Source: Armatimonadota bacterium (lineage in GTDB: Bacteria > Armatimonadota > Hebobacteria > CAIYQO01). From it: 64,000 nucleotides of DNA. Made by a program: the position numbers and the translations under genes. How positions within the stretch are numbered: position 1 is the first letter of the stretch; every line of letters starts with the position of its first letter. Below the pieces are notes generated by a model. It had not been told where the DNA came from and searched no databases. It worked only from the letters and a program-made list of their open reading frames with translations. Location of the stretch: NCBI GenBank assembly GCA_029553475.1, contig JAKPKV010000077.1, forward strand, positions 6,082 through 70,081. Reading direction: 5' to 3'. This document shows positions 59,601 through 64,000 of this stretch, piece after piece.

Positions 59601-60583
59601 CCCAGGTGCCAGCCGGCCAGCGCGCGCAGCTCGCGCAGCCGCTGCCACTGCCAGTCCGGTATGCCGGCGGGCCGGGCGGTGTAGGTCGCGATGGCCGCCT
59701 GCCAGTTCGCCGGCGGCGCGTAGGCGGACTGCCCCCGCGGTTGCCGCCGCAGCGCGGCGACGGTCGCGGCGAAATCCAGCGGCTTGGGCAGCGCGCCGGC
59801 CTTGCGGGCGCCGGTGGGGTCGCGGCGCAGGGTGACCACCAGCGCCGGCTCGTTCACCCAGATTTTCATGTAGCCGGTTTCCACCCGCCAGGAGTAGACG
59901 TCGAACCAGCCGCCCTCCTGGCCGTTGTATTTCAGATCGAAGAGCTCCGCCTTGTGTACCTGCAGGCCGCGTTCCTCCAGCCCGCGCAGGCGCGCGCCGA
60001 CGGTGGCGCCGTAGGCGCGGTCGTTCAGCAGCGGGGTGAGATCGAAGGCGGCGGTTTTGCGCTCGGCGTGCAGTGGAAGCGGGCCAAACGTGGTCGCCAG
60101 CCGGTCCTGCCCGTCGCCGATGCCTCCGCCGCGGCTCCAGTAGCCGTGGCCGTTGATGTAGGCGGCGGCGGTGGGGCCGAGCGCCGGGTCGTCCACGCTC
60201 CACGGCCGCAGCACGGGCCGCGCCAGCGCCGACCACTTGCCGGGGTCCTGCTCGTAGGCGGATTCGGCCCCCCAGCCGTGCCGGCCGCGTTCGGGCCGCG
60301 GGCCCTCCTGCTTCGCCCACTCCAGCACCAGCTCGACCTTCTCGACGGTATAGCCCTTGGTGATCTGCGCGTAGACCTGTTCGGCCAGACCGGGGAAGCG
60401 CACCAACATCGGCCGGATCGCGTCGAAGTCGCGCGCATGCGGATAGACCTTCGACCAGTTCGCCGGATCGAGCACCGCCGTCTGCGCCGCCGTCGAGGTG
60501 ACGGTCACGCGCGCGGCGGGCGCCTGCGCCGGCAGCAGCCCGGCGCAGAGCAGCAGGAGCAGCGACGGCAGCCATCGAGCCAT
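56630..60583 (-). CDS. Very large secreted hypothetical protein (about 1317 aa) with a C-terminal beta-sandwich (PA14-like, tentative)
   Basis: GGAGG RBS, signal peptide and C-terminal 'WYIVGPFDN...AYL.....S.......GGDE...VWVNG...L..G.N..LLKV'. Confidence 0.75.
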   Translation of the reverse strand: MARWLPSLLLLLCAGLLPAQAPAARVTVTSTAAQTAVLDPANWSKVYPHARDFDAIRPMLVRFPGLAEQVYAQITKGYTVEKVELVLEWAKQEGPRPERGRHGWGAESAYEQDPGKWSALARPVLRPWSVDDPALGPTAAAYINGHGYWSRGGGIGDGQDRLATTFGPLPLHAERKTAAFDLTPLLNDRAYGATVGARLRGLEERGLQVHKAELFDLKYNGQEGGWFDVYSWRVETGYMKIWVNEPALVVTLRRDPTGARKAGALPKPLDFAATVAALRRQPRGQSAYAPPANWQAAIATYTARPAGIPDWQWQRLRELRALAGWHLGRINPGPLLSGDPAQYERYAQSLLTVAPHHWDGHLTSDWALAPAAYPELFNPGLRDHLTRYWAAWLHPETADTENPRQRGYFRSYSRTLGTQNFNTNAIAGAYLGAQYLNAPYPLADARYGLENLLLRCYGFYNGANQEAGDTYYQALSVAGLQMIGKYAADPCDKLMGEIASEREMEQLISVYHPGLRRMTYPMGRGELKYQLLFQDGPYHAVHTLSRQGALIHTDLPAGAKLHNVPAFGAEGMPGRYAALAPWGPAEWTHIVDDKTYPWTARARVWHFAPDEGHAGWNVNSLGTHWSLGTRAEIRGYATVTPLTAQWRRADRTVTHMEELSTLQMSFGINGVFLQSMVNIGAVQQHGKAIALTALPPRRSMSTPPNPDYAGGWRAQDPQYNPTSYHALHASLAIMTFGDVSRREVWIGDRKVDQLSGAASPANPDPQYEWERFLKTTGKHSVFAKAGETILIKDGVTYLALTPIALNPLARDEEVEVAYEWPVLYVNTFLYRGGKGVNLDDLYTAERKASAGYVIEMGDESEYGTFEQFRDHITAAKLTIAWVDDASPADAGHYHAITYRSGEDTLEMGFHAWEMDKTFYSGQSWPRYIRVNGANDYLPAGIQRDTPWSIQGSTGVLKKGGATLLSEPGYRTYLLAETQSGTYTAYNPMPDPIYFRFLLPGGQEVRADGRLGMTRMRINPADGTAWIDYQLKPEQRGYPTLATALLLTGFARQPAVVFNGAPLQKLATVTLADGPAWVVPLGPTVHLKALRQRGGWPFFPWGIPAASGQLSDVARPHQTFFHDWYIVGPFDNLDYAGQNFQLKEFGPEQGLNLQATYTGLNAGENGPAPVQWRPLLNVEEPALSDQPVDLLAPFDPNRGVIAYLAATIVSDRDRTVQVMTGGDERLAVWVNGERVVYNNGYRLAYKDQDRAFVTLKTGENPVLLKVAHGHESWRLYFRLADEQGLPLTAGVSYAGARRTTPAGRDPLWEKQAILPPLF

Positions 60584-60666
60584 GGGAGACCTCCGGGATG
60601 TGAAACGGTGCCGGAGAAGACACTTCGGCGCCACGGGCCGTTGCACCTGCCGGCGCATCCGCGCGC

Positions 60667-60814
60667 GGGTGCCCGCACAGCTTGTGCGCTTCCTTTCGAC
60701 CGGCGCTCCCCGCTCCCCCCGGCCCCCTCTCCGCTCAGGGGAGGGGGCCGGGGGGAGCGGGGAGCGCCGCGAGGGGAAGCATCAGTGCGGTCTCACAAGT
60801 TTTTGCGTGCACCC
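60667..60814. repeat. Long imperfect foldback element, copy 2
   Basis: Outer shell shared with 19558-19764. The inner hairpin has 18 bp identical to the DUF559 terminal repeat. Confidence 0.88.
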
Positions 60815-60940
60815 ATCCGTGCGCGAGTATGACGAGCGCGCCGCGTCTCCTTGCCCTTCCCCCCCGACATCGCATACAATGAACGGCGGTCCCGCGGCAG
60901 CCGCGGGCTGTTGAACGCTTCCGAACAAAGGGTGACGGCT

Positions 60941-62614
60941 GTGACGCACGCACTGCGCAAGTCTGCTTACGCCGGTCCGCGCGGGCCGGTGGTGCTGGTG
61001 GTGATGGACGGCATCGGCGTGGGCCAATATGAGGACGGTGACGCCGTCCGCTCGGCGCTCACTCCGACGTTGGATTGGCTGAAAACCCATGCCCTCTCCA
61101 GCCAGCTGCGGGCGCACGGCACCGCCGTGGGCCTGCCCAGCGACGAGGACATGGGCAACAGCGAGGTGGGCCACAACGCCATCGGCTGCGGCCGCGTCTT
61201 CGCCCAGGGCGCCAAGCTGGTGAACGCGGCGATCGCGAGCGGCGCCTTGTTCCGCGGCGAGGTGTGGCAGTCGCTGGTGCAGCCCTGCGCCGCCAATGGC
61301 GCCACGCTCCACTTCATCGGCCTTTTCTCCGACGGCAACGTCCACAGCCATCTCGATCATCTGACGGCGATGCTGCGCCAGGCGAAGGCGGAAGGCGTGA
61401 CGACCGCGCGCGTGCATATCCTGCTCGACGGCCGCGACGTGCCCCCGCGCTCCGCGCTGGATTACGTGGACCCCTTTGAAACCGCGCTCGCCGAGCTGAA
61501 CGCGGGCGGGGTGGATTACCGCATCGCTTCCGGCGGCGGGCGCATGTGCATCACCATGGACCGCTACAACGCCGACTGGACGATGGTCCAGCGCGGCTGG
61601 GATACGCACGTGCACGGGCAGGGCCGCCAGTTCGCCTCCGCGCGCGAGGCGATTGAAACCTACCGTCGCGAACGACCGGAGGTGGTGGACCAGGATATGC
61701 CGGCCTTCGTCATCGCGGAGAACGGCACACCGGTCGGGCCGATTACGGACGGCGACAGCGTCATCTTCTTCAACTTCCGCGGCGACCGCGCCATCGAGAT
61801 CACCCGCGCCTTTGAGGACGACGGCTTGACGGAGATTGACCGCGGCGCCCGCCCGGACGTGCGGTACGCCGGGATGATGCAATATGACGGCGACCTGCAA
61901 CTGCCCGCCCGCTTCCTCGTCAACCCGCCGGCGATTGACCGCACCATGGGCGAGCTCCTGGCGGCGGCGGGCGTGCGGCAGATGGCCATCAGCGAGACGC
62001 AGAAGTATGGCCACGTCACCTACTTCTTCAACGGCAACCGCTCAGGAAAATTCGATGACGCGCTGGAAGACTACGTGGAGATTCCCTCCGACGTCCTCCC
62101 CTTCGCGCAGCGCCCGTGGATGAAAGGCGCGGAGATCACCGACCGGGTGATCGAGGCGATCACCTCGGGCGCGTACCGCTTCATCCGCCTGAATTATCCC
62201 AACGGCGACATGGTGGGGCACACCGGCAGCTACCCGGCGACGCAAATCGGCGTGGAGACGGTAGACCTGTGCCTGGGCCGCCTGCTGCCCGCCATCATCG
62301 AAGCCGGCGGCATCCTGGTCGTCTCCGCCGACCACGGCAACGCCGATGACATGTACGAGCATGACAAGCGGGGCGCGGTGGTGACGGACGCGCAGACCGG
62401 CCAGCGCAAGGCCAAATTCGCCCACTCGCTGAATCCGGTGCCCGTCTACATCTACGATCCCGACGGCGCCGCGCGGCTCTCGCTCGCGCCGGAAGCCGGC
62501 CTGGGCATCAGCAGCCTCGCCGCCACCTGCCTCCGCCTGCTCGGTTTCGTGCCGCCGGAGGATTACGATCCCAGCGTGGTGGTCGTCGGCGCCGCCGAAG
62601 CCAGCGCGGTCTAG
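60941..62614 (+). CDS. gpmI: 2,3-bisphosphoglycerate-independent phosphoglycerate mutase (GTG start approximate)
   Basis: 'MGNSEVGH', 'SDGNVHSH', 'DGRDV', 'FNFRGDR', 'ETQKYGHVTYFFNG', 'N.DMVGHTG' and 'ADHGN'. Confidence 0.96.
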   Translation: MTHALRKSAYAGPRGPVVLVVMDGIGVGQYEDGDAVRSALTPTLDWLKTHALSSQLRAHGTAVGLPSDEDMGNSEVGHNAIGCGRVFAQGAKLVNAAIASGALFRGEVWQSLVQPCAANGATLHFIGLFSDGNVHSHLDHLTAMLRQAKAEGVTTARVHILLDGRDVPPRSALDYVDPFETALAELNAGGVDYRIASGGGRMCITMDRYNADWTMVQRGWDTHVHGQGRQFASAREAIETYRRERPEVVDQDMPAFVIAENGTPVGPITDGDSVIFFNFRGDRAIEITRAFEDDGLTEIDRGARPDVRYAGMMQYDGDLQLPARFLVNPPAIDRTMGELLAAAGVRQMAISETQKYGHVTYFFNGNRSGKFDDALEDYVEIPSDVLPFAQRPWMKGAEITDRVIEAITSGAYRFIRLNYPNGDMVGHTGSYPATQIGVETVDLCLGRLLPAIIEAGGILVVSADHGNADDMYEHDKRGAVVTDAQTGQRKAKFAHSLNPVPVYIYDPDGAARLSLAPEAGLGISSLAATCLRLLGFVPPEDYDPSVVVVGAAEASAV

Positions 62615-62631
62615 CCGCCCGCGCCCCCGCA

Positions 62632-62725
62632 GGGACTGACTCCGCATGGCCAGGTCTGCGCGCGTTCCCGAAAGAATCGCACACGCCCCGTCAGCAGCCC
62701 CGCGTCGCCATGCGGGGTCAGTCCC
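62632..62725. repeat. GGGACTGACTCCGCATGG hairpin element (same family as the arms of 53712-54337)
   Basis: gggactgactccgcatgg ... ccatgcggggtcagtccc. Confidence 0.85.
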
Positions 62726-62874
62726 AGTGGGAGCATCATCTGACGATGCCGGAGAAGATGCTATCGGGACTCGCGGCCATCCGCCTCGCCAGCCACGCGC
62801 GCTGGACCGCGCGGCCAATCCGCGTTACAATGTCAGCATCCTGTTGACTCCGCGCCTGGTCAGCGCCGGGGGAC

Positions 62875-63603
62875 ATGGCAGCGGGGGAGGCTGTCGTGCG
62901 GGGAGAGAGTGGGCCTGTGAGCTGGTCCGGCATTCCTGCCACTGATCTCGTCATCGTCACGGAACGCGAACGTCAGGAACCGATCGCCTCATTCCTGAGC
63001 CACCTGCGCCGCCTGGATTACGCGGTGCACGTCATTCCGCGCGTCGCGTACCAGTTCGTCCGGCGCATTCCCACCCCGCAGATCCTCCTCGTGGACGCCG
63101 CCGCGCGCGACTTCCAAAACGGCGGTCCGGCGGACGGGCACCCCACCTGGGAGCAGGTGCCGATGATCCTGCTCGCCACCGCCGAGCAGATGCCCGGCGT
63201 GCGTTTCGGTCCCGGCCTGCATGATTTCATCATCCTGCCCGCCAACCCAGCCGAGGTGGAGGCGCGCATCCGCTTCACCCTCTGGAAAACCCGGGGCGAC
63301 CGCGCGCCCAGCGACCAGGTGCAGGTGGACAGCCTGCGCATGAATTTTTCCACCTACGAGGTGGTGGTGGAGAACCGCCGCCTCGAGCTCACCTACAAGG
63401 AGTTCGAGCTGCTCAAATTCCTCGTCACCCATCGCCGGCGCGTGTACACCCGCTCGGAGCTGCTCGAACAGGTCTGGGAGAGCGACTACTACGGTGGCAC
63501 CCGCACCGTGGATGTCCACATCCGCCGCCTCCGCGCCAAGCTCGGCACCAAAGTCGGCGGCATGATTAAAACCGTGCGCAACGTGGGCTACCGCTTCGGG
63601 TAG
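62875..63603 (+). CDS. OmpR-family regulator with an atypical receiver domain (GlnR-like)
   Basis: 'D.IILPANPAEVEARIR', 'LTYKEFELLKFL' and 'GGTRTVDVHIRRLRAKLG...I.TVRNVGYRF'. Upstream TGGACC-N17-TACAAT at 62803-62831. Confidence 0.85.
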   Translation: MAAGEAVVRGESGPVSWSGIPATDLVIVTERERQEPIASFLSHLRRLDYAVHVIPRVAYQFVRRIPTPQILLVDAAARDFQNGGPADGHPTWEQVPMILLATAEQMPGVRFGPGLHDFIILPANPAEVEARIRFTLWKTRGDRAPSDQVQVDSLRMNFSTYEVVVENRRLELTYKEFELLKFLVTHRRRVYTRSELLEQVWESDYYGGTRTVDVHIRRLRAKLGTKVGGMIKTVRNVGYRFG

Positions 63604-63722
63604 CGCGGCCCGCGCCCGCCCCGCCGCGGGCGCCCGCGGCGGGCATTTTTCCCCGATGCCTTGACGCCGGGCGCGCGATGCTCAATAATGGCGCGGTTCA
63701 TGGCATCATGGGGAGGGCCGGC

Positions 63723-64000
63723 ATGCGGATCGTGGATGTGGGCGGGGCGTGGCAGGTGGCGCGGGCGGGGGAGACGGCGACGCTGCCGGCGCGGGTGCCG
63801 GGGTGCGTGCACCTGGACCTGCTGGCGGCGGGGCAGATCGAGGACCCCTACTACCGGGATGACGAGGACCGCCTGCAATGGATCGGCCGGGCAGACTGGG
63901 TCTACTCCCGCGTCGTCACCGTGGACGACGCGCTGCTCGCGCATGACCGCGTGCTGCTGCGCTGCGACGGGCTGGACACGCTGGCGACCCTCACCCTCAA
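63723..64000 (+). CDS. GH2 beta-mannosidase-like glycosidase, N-terminal part (runs off the window)
   Basis: Manual translation 'MRIVDVGGAWQV...PARVPGCVHLDLLAAGQIEDPYYRDDE..LQWIG..DW.Y...L.CDGLDTLA'. GGAGG RBS and TTGACG-N17-AATAAT upstream. Confidence 0.88.
   Translation, partial: MRIVDVGGAWQVARAGETATLPARVPGCVHLDLLAAGQIEDPYYRDDEDRLQWIGRADWVYSRVVTVDDALLAHDRVLLRCDGLDTLATLTL

Noticed and set aside
60667-60814. Hammerhead ribozyme on the minus strand (CTGATG ... GAAA)
   Set aside because: The core reads CUGAUGC rather than CUGANGA, and the GAAA is not placed at a three-way junction; the element folds as one long hairpin.

Overview
This is a GC-rich bacterial chromosomal window with about 50 CDS and no rRNA, tRNA or CRISPR array that I could see. 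The gene content suggests Armatimonadota or a similar lineage (inference from a DUF1559-type prepilin-like protein, URO-D-family and many glycosidase genes, and a copper-amine-oxidase-N protein). Recognisable genes include rex, a GspE/PilB ATPase, mqnD, dusB, purM, gpmI, a DPS-like ferritin, an AGE epimerase, a GlnR-like regulator and GH42/GH95/GH29/GH31/GH2 glycosidases. The most striking part is intergenic. Nearly every spacer carries hairpin or foldback repeats from at least eight families, sometimes nested. Two small nuclease genes sit between their own inverted repeats: an intact RAYT (HUH/Y1) between two 101-bp GTAG REPINs, and a frameshifted DUF559 (Vsr-like) nuclease between perfect 42-bp inverted hairpin repeats whose gene-less relatives occur elsewhere in the window. 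The DUF559 cassette is my best candidate for a poorly described nuclease-plus-repeat system. A SigH-like promoter motif (NNAGG(A/G)-N17/18-GAAT) precedes about 14 genes, two low-GC nucleotidyltransferase cassettes are inserted between core genes, and codons appear to shift from G-rich at gene starts to C-rich at gene ends. All family names come from motif recognition by eye, not from database searches.
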